A stretch of DNA of 64,000 nucleotides from the NCBI GenBank assembly GCA_030016385.1, contig JASEJN010000003.1, positions 15,048 to 79,047 on the forward strand. The letters run 5' to 3'. Within the stretch, counting starts at the first letter, position 1, and each line of letters opens with the position of its first letter. The notes under the pieces were generated by a model that worked only from the letters and a program-made list of their open reading frames with translations, had not been told where the DNA came from and made no database searches. A program made the translations under genes and the position numbers. Positions 54,058 through 63,246 of the stretch are shown in pieces. This DNA comes from Clostridiales bacterium (GTDB taxonomy: Bacteria > Bacillota > Clostridia > Clostridiales > Oxobacteraceae).

Positions 54058-56739
54058 TTAATGCAAATATTCCAAAACAATCTTATCAAATACTGGAGAA
54101 CTTCCTATTGCCTCAACCAGCATGTACAATTTATTACCTGTCTTATTAAACCATGGCCCCGGAAGATAAAACCTTTGCGAATCTCCCCCAACCATGCACG
54201 GGCTAGTTTCACCATCTAAAAATATGCGGCCTACAATTTTGCCGTTAAAAACTGCTATAAATTTTATATCTTTACCTTCTATATGTACATATGCGCATCC
54301 ATGCTTTATACTATCTAAATCTACACACAATACAACAATCTGACCTGGTATAAACTTTAAGGGTAAATGGGTATTACAGCCTTTGGATTCTAATATATAA
54401 TGAAGAATCTTTCCCTCGTCAAAAGCTTTAAAGCAGCATTTTTTAATTTTTCTGCAATACAGAATAAAAGGCCTTCCAAAAGGCTCGCTCCAATCCTTCT
54501 TCATCACAGCAACAGATATTTTTGATTGCCTGCCCGGCGTCAAATAATTGGAAAGATCTATATATGGATCATATGGGTTTATTCGTGAAATTTTTATGCC
54601 GTCAACAAATACCTCAGAATATGCCACATTATCTTCAACCTCCAGTACAAAACTATCACAGTCATATTTTGATGGTATATAGTTTTTGCTATATAAAGCT
54701 TTCATCGGAGTCCTTGTTGAATTCCAGCTATTTATATTCATCAATGGCTGAAATATATCAACATCCTTATTTAATAAAACTCTGATATTCCCTTCAATAT
54801 AATCAAAATACCAACAATCGGATAAATCTTCTTCATGTATTATTTCATAAGCACTTTCTATTCCTTTTGAAGATTTTAACCTTAAAGATTTCAATCTTGG
54901 ATCATCAAAATTTGAGTGTCCCCATATCTCTACCCTGAAATTCCATTCTCCTGTTTTACCGGAGCTGTATCTTTGCCATTGACCTCCCGATATTCTTGTC
55001 CCTAGATACTCATCTCTATCATAAGCTGAAACAATATCTGCTGCTCCCTTAAGCAACAGAGGGAAGCCAGGATTTGCTTTTATTTTGTAAATTCCATATC
55101 CTCTCCATAGACCATAATCTTCAAAATACAAAACGGGTGATTCTTTTACATTCTCTGAACAAGAAGCAGGTTTTATACTGGCATTTATGATGCCCTTATA
55201 TTCCACAGCCTCTCTTGCAGTGGGAATCTCAGCTTTCCATACCGTTAAATCGCTTTCAATCCTTGCAGCTTCCTGCCTGCTGGTTATCATTATCTTTATA
55301 AGCTTGTTTCCTTGCCTTATTATGCGATTATCCCCTATACCGGATAGCAATATCTTATTATCTTTAATATACTCACCTTCGGCAGATACTGCATCAGGAA
55401 TATCAAATAAAGCCTGACATCTACGATCAGCGTATAAAATAAATGTGACTTTATTTCCATGCTTATATATGCCAGCAATCTCTGCAGACGAAAAGACGAG
55501 CATTCCATTCACGTCCCATTCACCCAAGGGTATATTGACAGGTAAAATTGAAGCTCTTAAAGGCTCAACATCAACATAAAAATCTACTCCATTACCTTTT
55601 ATATATGCAGTTCCATTTTTATCGCCTATATTGGGAATGCAGATAAGCATTCCACCATTTTCTAATTCAAGAACGGCATATTTATCAGGCCCTGGAAAAT
55701 TTGCGTTTATATCAAAACCATGATTTTCTTTATAGAGAGAAACTGCTATTTCTGATCCAAGCGATTTAATAAGACCTGAAAAAAGCCGGGCCTCAAGGGC
55801 TTTTTCTCTATATTCTCCTACAGGTGAAATATCTGAATTGAAACCATAATCACTTGTTATGAAAGAGAGAGGACTTTTACCTTTCCCCCAATTATTTATC
55901 CCGTTAGTAAAACCAAAATTATATCCTGCTACCTGATTATAGGGACCTATAAGTTTGGCACCGCAGCATAGTTCACGCCGCAACGTAAAATAATCTTTAT
56001 TCGTCTCCGTTATAAGAAAAGGTTTATTTAGAACTCTCATCCTTTTATATATTGCACCGCAATATTTTTCAAATGAAGCGTTTTTAATATTCATATAAAT
56101 ATTAAATGTATTTTCAACACCTTGTGCAAAGCCTGTCGCGCCCTTCATACTACCCTGCCCGGCACATCCAAATACTGGCACGCTTATTCCGTATCTCGCT
56201 GCTATACTTTTTAACTCCTCCATATACTTTCCGGGATCGGGGCAATCGAAAAAGTCAAGCTCATTATCCAGCTGCACCATTACAACTGTACCACCGTTTC
56301 CACATTGATAACGTGAAATCACCGGAATTATCTTTGAATACCAAGCATCAACTCTCTTAAGAAATTGACCATTTGCTTCCCTTATAGGATATGGAGATGC
56401 AAGACACCATGCAGGAATCCCCCCACCATCCCATTCAGAACATATATATGGTCCCGGCCTTGCAATTACAAACATCCGTTCATCCGAAAGCATTTTTAAA
56501 AATTTATCTGCATCCCTTTGACCAGAAAAATTCCATTCTTCTGGAGAAATTTCATGATAATTCCAGGGGAAATAAACATCTACACAGTTATATCCTAATT
56601 GTTTTATCTTAATGATGCGATCATGCCAGAGTTCCATAGGAATTCGAAAATAAAAAAGAGAGGCACAAAGTAAAATCTTATATTGCCCGTTTATACAGAT
56701 ACCTCTTTTATCTATGCTTATATTTTCATTAATATTCAT
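54058..56739 (-). CDS. glycoside hydrolase family 35 beta-galactosidase (large, multi-domain, cytoplasmic)
   Basis: FYFRIPMELWHDRIIKIKQLGYNCVDVYFPWNYHE, ARPGPYICSEWDGGGIPAW and VMVQLDNELD align with canonical GH35 motifs (HYFR...W, RPxPYICAEWxxGGxPxW, QVENEYG). 893 aa, no signal peptide. Confidence 0.8.
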   Translation of the reverse strand: MNINENISIDKRGICINGQYKILLCASLFYFRIPMELWHDRIIKIKQLGYNCVDVYFPWNYHEISPEEWNFSGQRDADKFLKMLSDERMFVIARPGPYICSEWDGGGIPAWCLASPYPIREANGQFLKRVDAWYSKIIPVISRYQCGNGGTVVMVQLDNELDFFDCPDPGKYMEELKSIAARYGISVPVFGCAGQGSMKGATGFAQGVENTFNIYMNIKNASFEKYCGAIYKRMRVLNKPFLITETNKDYFTLRRELCCGAKLIGPYNQVAGYNFGFTNGINNWGKGKSPLSFITSDYGFNSDISPVGEYREKALEARLFSGLIKSLGSEIAVSLYKENHGFDINANFPGPDKYAVLELENGGMLICIPNIGDKNGTAYIKGNGVDFYVDVEPLRASILPVNIPLGEWDVNGMLVFSSAEIAGIYKHGNKVTFILYADRRCQALFDIPDAVSAEGEYIKDNKILLSGIGDNRIIRQGNKLIKIMITSRQEAARIESDLTVWKAEIPTAREAVEYKGIINASIKPASCSENVKESPVLYFEDYGLWRGYGIYKIKANPGFPLLLKGAADIVSAYDRDEYLGTRISGGQWQRYSSGKTGEWNFRVEIWGHSNFDDPRLKSLRLKSSKGIESAYEIIHEEDLSDCWYFDYIEGNIRVLLNKDVDIFQPLMNINSWNSTRTPMKALYSKNYIPSKYDCDSFVLEVEDNVAYSEVFVDGIKISRINPYDPYIDLSNYLTPGRQSKISVAVMKKDWSEPFGRPFILYCRKIKKCCFKAFDEGKILHYILESKGCNTHLPLKFIPGQIVVLCVDLDSIKHGCAYVHIEGKDIKFIAVFNGKIVGRIFLDGETSPCMVGGDSQRFYLPGPWFNKTGNKLYMLVEAIGSSPVFDKIVLEYLH

Positions 56740-56766
56740 TTGATATCACCCATTTAAAATTACATA

Positions 56767-56780
56767 TGAAACCGATTTCT
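56767..56780. promoter_or_regulatory. LacI-type or cre-like operator in the GH35 leader
   Basis: TGAAACCGATTTCT lies ~25 nt upstream of the GH35 start. It matches the cre-type pattern TGNAANCGNWWNCA at all but the last position and resembles the 52821-52836 palindrome. Confidence 0.45.
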
Positions 56781-56829
56781 CAATAACTTTATTATATTAT
56801 CTGATAAAAAGTATGTCAATATAAATTAT

Positions 56830-56864
56830 TTTAAATTGATAAATGCCGGGCAAATGCCCGGCAT
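56830..56864 (-). terminator. Rho-independent terminator of the SASP gene
   Basis: GC-rich hairpin GCCGGGC-AAAT-GCCCGGC (56845-56862), followed on the minus strand by ATTTATCAATTTAAAATAATTT. Confidence 0.7.
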
Positions 56865-56878
56865 CGCACGCAATGAGC

Positions 56879-57058
56879 TTACTTTTGCTGTTCATGAAGG
56901 CTTTTTTCAGCATACCGTATCGCGGCTTTGACAAGGTTTCCACATTGTCTCGATGGAACGCCTTCCCATCCTTCCTTTGCAACAATATCATCAACACCTA
57001 ATTCCTTTGCCAATTCAAATTTTAAATCATCTGACATAAGGCCCTGGCGTCTGCTCAT
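56879..57058 (-). CDS. alpha/beta-type small acid-soluble spore protein
   Basis: The 59-aa sequence MSRRQGLMSDDLKFELAKELGVDDIVAKEGWEGVPSRQCGNLVKAAIRYAEKSL carries both conserved alpha/beta-SASP blocks. A GGGGGTG Shine-Dalgarno precedes the ATG at 57056-57058. The 104-aa ORF-track version is an upstream over-extension. Confidence 0.85.
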   Translation of the reverse strand: MSRRQGLMSDDLKFELAKELGVDDIVAKEGWEGVPSRQCGNLVKAAIRYAEKSLHEQQK

Positions 57059-57122
57059 ATTCACACCCCCAGAAAACTGGATTGTGCGTGCAATATTATT
57101 ATTCCTAAAAATATAAAATTTA

Positions 57123-58505
57123 TTACATCGCCAGTTGCCCTCCCGGAGTATCGATAATCTGAAGGATATTTTCCTCATTTCCGTTTTCAGCATTGATATA
57201 TACTATAAAAGTCGTATTATCGCTTTTACCCACAAATTCATATGTAAAAACTTCTCTCTGTGAAAGAAGAGGAATTATAGCCAATCTTACATTCGTTATC
57301 TTTAAAGTACGGCTTACTTTTTCTCTTGCTTGATCTATTGTAAGTTTTGGGGAAGGTATTTTTCTTTTACTATGGGCTATCAGATATTTTTCAGCCTCTA
57401 TACCTACTATTTCCCCATTGTCAAGTGCTACTTTAAGCTTAATCTGGTCAGGATAAATTATGACGTTAGTATCCCCTTCTGTTACCGTATTTACATAACT
57501 TATAACAATTGTATTGTCATCTTTCTGCGAAAATGTCGGTATCATGTCTTTAAAACCCATATTGTTCAAAAATTTCAAGCCAATATCGATTGCTTTTTTG
57601 TTATCGATGGTGGACGAGTTTATGTCTCTCGGATCCAGCATATAAACAAGGTGTCCGCCATGTTTGCTTATATCAACATTAACAGCACTATCTTTATTCC
57701 TTCCTTTCAATATCACATAGAAAGGATATACAGATATTTTCCCATCTCCTTTTGAACTGTAACTTCCTATTTTCTGTACCTTATCCTTTCCAAAAATATT
57801 AATAACTTTTTTCTTGGCATCGTCAAGTGTTATGGTACGCTCAGCATTAACCTTGGGAGTGATATTCAAGACATTTTCAGAAAACGGACCGTCATATATA
57901 AGCGTGGGATGGCTCTGCATCTGTTTGTCTATGCCGGTAAATTTCTGATCTACAATATTGGTTTGTGCCTTCTTTAAAATTTCATTACCCTCATATCTTA
58001 TCTCGGACCATTTGAAATTTCCATCTTCCATTTCCCTCTGCAGGGAAAAAAGTTGTTCGTGAAGATATGCCGCGTTATTTTTCAATGCAGATAAAGTCTT
58101 CCATTCTTTATCTGTTAGCTTTACTCCATCGCCTTGTCCTCTTATCAATGCATAAGAAAAGTCCGACAATTGCGATAAAAACTTGCTTGTCTGAGATATA
58201 GCCGTATGCGTTATCGGCAGTGCATTTACTCTGTCGGCTGCGGCTCCGGCCTGCCTCCATATGTCACCAAAAAGCAGCGTCATCTGCTGTGAGGATGACA
58301 CTACGGCAACCTTTGAAAGATCAGTCTCCAAGTTCTGCACATTCCCTGTCAGATCATATAATTCCCTTTGGTATTTACCCTGAAGCCTGTTTCCAAACTG
58401 CATCCTGTCTATGTAAATAAGACATGCAAACGTAGTAACGCCTACTACCAGCACAGCAACAATAACACTATAGATTCCTCTTTTCCTCATAATCGGCTGT
58501 TCCAA
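57123..58505 (-). CDS. ypeB: germination protein YpeB
   Basis: N-terminal TM. Conserved YpeB N-domain (LENQYQR-like QGKYQRELYDLTGNVQNLETDLSK, GDIWRQAGAAADRVNALP). C-terminal PepSY-like repeats. 460 aa. Confidence 0.8.
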   Translation of the reverse strand: MEQPIMRKRGIYSVIVAVLVVGVTTFACLIYIDRMQFGNRLQGKYQRELYDLTGNVQNLETDLSKVAVVSSSQQMTLLFGDIWRQAGAAADRVNALPITHTAISQTSKFLSQLSDFSYALIRGQGDGVKLTDKEWKTLSALKNNAAYLHEQLFSLQREMEDGNFKWSEIRYEGNEILKKAQTNIVDQKFTGIDKQMQSHPTLIYDGPFSENVLNITPKVNAERTITLDDAKKKVINIFGKDKVQKIGSYSSKGDGKISVYPFYVILKGRNKDSAVNVDISKHGGHLVYMLDPRDINSSTIDNKKAIDIGLKFLNNMGFKDMIPTFSQKDDNTIVISYVNTVTEGDTNVIIYPDQIKLKVALDNGEIVGIEAEKYLIAHSKRKIPSPKLTIDQAREKVSRTLKITNVRLAIIPLLSQREVFTYEFVGKSDNTTFIVYINAENGNEENILQIIDTPGGQLAM

Positions 58506-58716
58506 TCATACCACCTCTTAAAGTCCTTATTTTTTTTACTGTCTGTATTAAACTCCAATAGAGTGCATCTTTTATATTTGAAGAATATTATCCCAATAAT
58601 CTTTATACAGCCACCCCGATATTCCAGTACTTTTATTTTTTGCTAATTTCCCTTATTTATACAAATTAAATTATATTTAATGCAAAAAAGAGGAACACTT
58701 TAGATGAGGTGATTTT

Positions 58717-59853
58717 ATGAAGATCCTTATATTATCTATTTCTGCAGGGAGCGGCCACGAAATTGTGGCACAGTCTCTCAAGCATTTTATGGAATCCAGA
58801 ATAAAAAACTGCAGTGTAGAAATAATTGACGCATTAAAATATATAAATCCTATCATTGACAGGTTAATAATAGGCGGTTATTTAAAAACTATCAGAAATA
58901 CGCCGCATATATACGGCAGGTTGTACAATGCATCAAATAATGATGAATATATAGGCGCCGTATGCAACAAGTTCAACGATATGCTTATAAAAAAAGTCGA
59001 ATCTTTGATAGATGATACTAAACCGGATGTAATAGTATGTACGCATCCCTTTCATCTTAAAATGCTGGAGCCGGTAAAAAAGAAAGGTCTTTTTGAAATA
59101 CCTGTTATTGCGATAATTACTGACTTTTCGATACATAGTTTTTGGATTGCTGATTTTGTTGATGCATATGTAATACCTCAGGAGGACTTGAAAATAGAAC
59201 TTACATCAAATGGTATAAATGATGATAGAATTTACCCATATGGTATACCTGTAAACATGGACTTTTACAAAAAAATAGACAGGCAATCTTATCTTAACGA
59301 GCTAAACCTCGAAGATAAAACTACTTTTCTTCTTATGGGCGGCGGGCTCGGTTTAGGTTCGATAAAATGTTTATTCAAGATGCTTATAAAATCTAAACTC
59401 GATATACAGATAATCGCCGCTACAGGAAAAAATTCAAGGCTTAAAAAGCAATTGGAGTATGCATCTTTAAACTGTGCAAAAAAAGTTAAAATATTAGGTT
59501 TTACGGATAAAATCTATGAATATATGTCCGTTTCAGACCTCCTTATTACCAAACCTGGCGGAATTACTATAAGCGAAGCGATGGCCAAAGAGATACCTAT
59601 TGCAATAATATCTCCAATACCAGGCCAGGAAGAAGAAAACTGCAATTATTTGGTTAAAAACGGCATGGCAATTATATTAAAAGAAAAGGAAAATAATATA
59701 CAAGAGGTATATTCACTTGTGAACGATAAATTCTGGGTTGAAAATATAAAGAATAACATCAAGCAAAAGTCTAAACCCCATGCTATTTATAATATATCAA
59801 ATCTTATAGCCGGATATGCCCAAAAAACATCATATATAAGTACAAAAAGGTAG
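58717..59853 (+). CDS. GT28-family glycolipid synthase (MGDG synthase / UgtP-like diacylglycerol glycosyltransferase)
   Basis: The N-terminus KILILSISAGSGHEIVAQSL is typical of the MGDG_synth domain. The C-terminal half is GT28-like (ITKPGGITISEAMAKEIPI, PIPGQEEENCNYLV). Confidence 0.75.
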   Translation: MKILILSISAGSGHEIVAQSLKHFMESRIKNCSVEIIDALKYINPIIDRLIIGGYLKTIRNTPHIYGRLYNASNNDEYIGAVCNKFNDMLIKKVESLIDDTKPDVIVCTHPFHLKMLEPVKKKGLFEIPVIAIITDFSIHSFWIADFVDAYVIPQEDLKIELTSNGINDDRIYPYGIPVNMDFYKKIDRQSYLNELNLEDKTTFLLMGGGLGLGSIKCLFKMLIKSKLDIQIIAATGKNSRLKKQLEYASLNCAKKVKILGFTDKIYEYMSVSDLLITKPGGITISEAMAKEIPIAIISPIPGQEEENCNYLVKNGMAIILKEKENNIQEVYSLVNDKFWVENIKNNIKQKSKPHAIYNISNLIAGYAQKTSYISTKR

Positions 59854-59876
59854 GAATATTTATCCTGCCTTTTATT
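59846..59876 (+). terminator. Rho-independent terminator of the GT28 gene
   Basis: The stem AAAGGTAGGA / TCCTGCCTTT (one G-T pair) spans the stop codon and is followed by TTATT. Confidence 0.55.
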
Positions 59877-59993
59877 AAGCTTATCCTATGCTTTAAATTG
59901 AAATATAAACGAAAGACTTTCCGCCAATTGCTCCTTCCATAATATTCTTCAAATAATCTTTATAATATATCCATATAACCTTATTAATATCGA

Positions 59994-60845
59994 CTATTTA
60001 AACAGGCCTTTTATCGTAGATATAAAGGATTTTATTATTTCCACACTTTTGAATTTGATTTCAGTTTTTGAGTTATCAGCAGGTATCTTCGAATCATCAA
60101 CATCATGTTTTGTCGTGGAATCATCGGCATCTTTATCTATCGTGGAATCACCGGTATCCTGTTTTGATACAGAATCGTCAGCTTCTTGCTTTGCCGGAGG
60201 TTCAACAGGCTTTTTATCATTTACAGCGTCCTTTTGCACAGTCCCATTATTCTCACTTTTTGTAACCTCATAGCTCTCACTTTCTTCCGGCTTTGTAAGA
60301 ATGCTGTTATATTCATCATCATTTAAGACTTTTTTCAAACCGTTTTCAGTTTCTTTTGATGTTATATTATGAGTTATATCCACAAAACAGAGGGGTGGGA
60401 ACATAACGCACCACCAGTTTTTACCCACGCCTTTTCCAAGAACTATCTTTAGCGCATCATATTCGCCTGGCGGAAGTGCGATATTGCTATATACTTTTAC
60501 CGGAAACTGCGATTTGCCGAGTGTGACATCCACTCCATAACTCTTTCCATTCTTAGATAATTCACTTGACGCAATTTTTTTAATATATCCGAGATTGGAT
60601 TTTATAAACTTCTCAGAATCGGTTTTTGTCTTTAGCTTTTGCATTTTAGGGGCTATCTCCTTCAGTACCCTGTCCCTTACCTTAAGTTTAACATTCTGGT
60701 CTGAAGCAGAATCGCTATTTGCTATTACATGAAACCTTATTATCTTTTCAGAAATATCTTTAGCAGTATCTGTCGATTGTGCACATGATGACAGCATAGA
60801 TATCGATATTAGAACGGCCATTATATATGTAACTATTCTTTTCAA
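59994..60845 (-). CDS. spoIIR: stage II sporulation protein R with a ~100-aa acidic low-complexity C-terminal extension
   Basis: Conserved SpoIIR core IRFHVIANSDSASDQNVKLKVRDRVL...GKNWWCVMFPPLCF. Start placed at TTG (60845), preceded by GGGGGGAA. The ORF-track Met at 60920 abuts the upstream gene and lacks a Shine-Dalgarno. Confidence 0.8.
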   Translation of the reverse strand: MKRIVTYIMAVLISISMLSSCAQSTDTAKDISEKIIRFHVIANSDSASDQNVKLKVRDRVLKEIAPKMQKLKTKTDSEKFIKSNLGYIKKIASSELSKNGKSYGVDVTLGKSQFPVKVYSNIALPPGEYDALKIVLGKGVGKNWWCVMFPPLCFVDITHNITSKETENGLKKVLNDDEYNSILTKPEESESYEVTKSENNGTVQKDAVNDKKPVEPPAKQEADDSVSKQDTGDSTIDKDADDSTTKHDVDDSKIPADNSKTEIKFKSVEIIKSFISTIKGLFK

Positions 60846-60921
60846 AGTAAAATTCCCCCCATTATAATACTTTTTTTCTTTATGCTTTAAGTATTTCCAT
60901 AATAGGAGGAAATTAAACATA

Positions 60922-62124
60922 TCATTTTACTGTTCCTATTCTTCTGATTTTATTATCGACAGTCGGGATTATTTTTATAGTCGGATAAACTTCATTCCAT
61001 TTATCCTTTACTTTATTCCATAGCGATGGATTATGTTTTCTTAAATATTCCCCTATCAATAATGCATCATTTTTATAGTCTTTCTGGAGTTTTTTTATTA
61101 CAAAACTGCAGCTTTCCTCATCTACGTCATTTAGATCCCTTTCAACTTTCTTGATGAAGTTATCATCATATATTTCCATGCCTGCTGAAGCAGATGAAAT
61201 TACTCCCTCAGTTTCAATATTTATACCGACTTCAATATTTTCAGGATCATCATTTATAAGCTTAATGGATCTTCCGGTATTTCTGATCAAATAGTTTACC
61301 GTAAGTCCATTGGTATTTATGCTTTCAGAACCTGCTTTTCTCTTGCCGCTTAAAGCATTGAAATAAAATGAATCATATTCCGGCAAAAATCCCTGCAGTT
61401 TATAATCCTTAATAATCGCATCGCCTGCAATCTTTAGCTCGTCACCTTTTACGGTAACTTTAGGCATTACGCTATCCCCGTTGGCACTCAGCATTGTTAT
61501 AAATTCATTAAATGTTATATCCGATATTCTGCCGTTTGAAGATTCGTTTTCCAAAATTCCGCGTATATACCTGAAAAGAAGTTTTTCATTTTTAGGCTTT
61601 ATTTCGGCAACTTTGCATGCTTCTCCCTCTGCGGCAAGTACTCTCATGGATCTTCCAAACTCCGGGGCCCGTCTAAAGTAGTCCAGCACTTCCTCGAATT
61701 TATCCGGATTTTTTAAAAGTTCCTCACCGAATATTATGGTCTGCGTAAAGCCGAAAAACAGCCTTCGGCTCAGTCTTGAGTCGATGTATCTGTTTGTTTC
61801 ATCTATCGTTACGGCCACGCTTGATATGCCGCCTTTTTCCTCTTCTCCCCCTCCGCCTCCTCCGCTTCCGGTATCGTTTCCTGCAATTTCGGAAGCATTA
61901 GGGAACTCATATGTCACCTTTATCATTTTTCCTGTTTGCTTTTCGATTCCAGGTATGTTCTTTACAGACTCCTCTACTTTTTCTTCATAGCCGGGAGGCG
62001 CCATATCTACCATGATTACTCCCACAAAGGCCCTCTGATCTATCTCAACTTTATCCCAGCATCCTGAAAATAAGGATGCTGAAAATAAAATTATAGTTAT
62101 GATTAAAACCGTCTTCTTGCTCAT
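60922..62124 (-). CDS. Ger(x)C-family spore germination lipoprotein
   Basis: Lipobox LFSGCWDKVEIDQRAFV is the canonical GerAC-type N-terminus. 400 aa. Third gene of a gerA-type operon. Confidence 0.85.
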   Translation of the reverse strand: MSKKTVLIITIILFSASLFSGCWDKVEIDQRAFVGVIMVDMAPPGYEEKVEESVKNIPGIEKQTGKMIKVTYEFPNASEIAGNDTGSGGGGGGEEEKGGISSVAVTIDETNRYIDSRLSRRLFFGFTQTIIFGEELLKNPDKFEEVLDYFRRAPEFGRSMRVLAAEGEACKVAEIKPKNEKLLFRYIRGILENESSNGRISDITFNEFITMLSANGDSVMPKVTVKGDELKIAGDAIIKDYKLQGFLPEYDSFYFNALSGKRKAGSESINTNGLTVNYLIRNTGRSIKLINDDPENIEVGINIETEGVISSASAGMEIYDDNFIKKVERDLNDVDEESCSFVIKKLQKDYKNDALLIGEYLRKHNPSLWNKVKDKWNEVYPTIKIIPTVDNKIRRIGTVK

Positions 62125-63219
62125 TTATTTGTTCGCCCCCATCTTCCTTAAAACTGCCGTAATCAAAAGTAAAACCGGAATTATAAGTATTACCGGAGTT
62201 TCAAGGTATTTTGTTATCTTATCCAGGAAATCATATGCCTCAACGATATTATCCGGTATAAGGGATATTAAATATATAATCGGTATGGAGATAGATGTAA
62301 AATGTTTAAAATTTTTATGCTTGAATATCCTGGATAAAATATATGATATAGCATACGATATAGGAACTATGGTGGTAAAAGCAAGAATTATCCACTGGCT
62401 CATAACAATACCTTCCAGCCTCTCTATAAAAGATCCCGGGACTTCTATCGAACGTATCATGGTAAGCGTAGGCCATATAAGTTTTTTCGTATCTATAATG
62501 CCGAATTTCCCAATTGCCAATATCACTACGGAAATATATGTTAATATTATAACGATAAACGCTATTATCCCCGATTTGAACATTTTGCCCTTATCCTTAA
62601 CCTGGGGGGCAATTAAAAGGATCAATTCGAAGCCGGCATAACTATACGTTGCCTTATATGCACCGTCTAAAATCCGTGCTGCACTTGAGCCAAAAACAGG
62701 AAGCATATTTGAAAAATCCGTCCTTGGAATGGAAAAAAACAGTACAAAAAAAAGAGTAACCATAATCAATGGGAATACAAATTCGTCAAATCTCACTATA
62801 GGCTCTATGCCATATCTTGTAAGCCAGATAACCAGAACAAGCATAGTTATCATTATAACTTCAACAGGCGTTCTTAAAAGCAATGTCATTTTAACCACTT
62901 CACCAAAAATCCTTAGTGTTATGCCTATAATCGTGACCATATACAGCGTGAATATTAAAATGACAGGAACCGAAAGTATATTCCCAAATACCTTTCTTGA
63001 TATTTCAACTATAGTATCATCAGGGAACTTTCTGACAAGCCTGCACATTATTAGAAATAAAAAAATGCTGGCTATCCCTCCTAAGATCACCGATATCCAT
63101 CCGTCCTCATCTGCAGATTCCACAACTATCCTGGGAAGAGCGAATATCCCGACTCCAATTACTGTAAGAACTATAAATATCCATAATTGAGTATTTGTAA
63201 TTTTATCGTTTTCAATCAA
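62125..63219 (-). CDS. spore germination protein, GerAB-type (APC-superfamily membrane subunit)
   Basis: 364 aa with ~10 TM helices. The N-terminus KITNTQLWIFIVLTVIGVGIFALP is typical of GerAB/GerKB subunits. Confidence 0.85.
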   Translation of the reverse strand: MIENDKITNTQLWIFIVLTVIGVGIFALPRIVVESADEDGWISVILGGIASIFLFLIMCRLVRKFPDDTIVEISRKVFGNILSVPVILIFTLYMVTIIGITLRIFGEVVKMTLLLRTPVEVIMITMLVLVIWLTRYGIEPIVRFDEFVFPLIMVTLFFVLFFSIPRTDFSNMLPVFGSSAARILDGAYKATYSYAGFELILLIAPQVKDKGKMFKSGIIAFIVIILTYISVVILAIGKFGIIDTKKLIWPTLTMIRSIEVPGSFIERLEGIVMSQWIILAFTTIVPISYAISYILSRIFKHKNFKHFTSISIPIIYLISLIPDNIVEAYDFLDKITKYLETPVILIIPVLLLITAVLRKMGANK

Positions 63220-63246
63220 TTTTTCTTCGCCTTCCTGATTTTCAAA

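Noticed and set aside
56879-57193. 104-aa ORF-track reading frame containing the SASP sequence
   Set aside because: The first 45 codons overlap the 3' end of ypeB and have no Shine-Dalgarno. The internal ATG at 57056-57058 has a GGGGGTG Shine-Dalgarno and gives a canonical 59-aa alpha/beta SASP.
58506-58716. Attempt to assign forespore (sigma-F/G) promoters upstream of ypeB, and likewise upstream of the SASP gene (57059-57122)
   Set aside because: GTATA/GAATA-like -35 elements are present, but the spacing and -10 sequences do not fit the consensus well enough to call by eye.
61838-61872. Poly-purine/pyrimidine tract (CCTCTTCTCCCCCTCCGCCTCCTCCGCTTCC) encoding GSGGGGGGEEE in the GerC-like lipoprotein, considered as a slipped-strand phase-variation tract
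   Set aside because: It is not a pure homopolymer or a perfect short tandem repeat. It most likely just encodes a flexible Gly/Glu linker.
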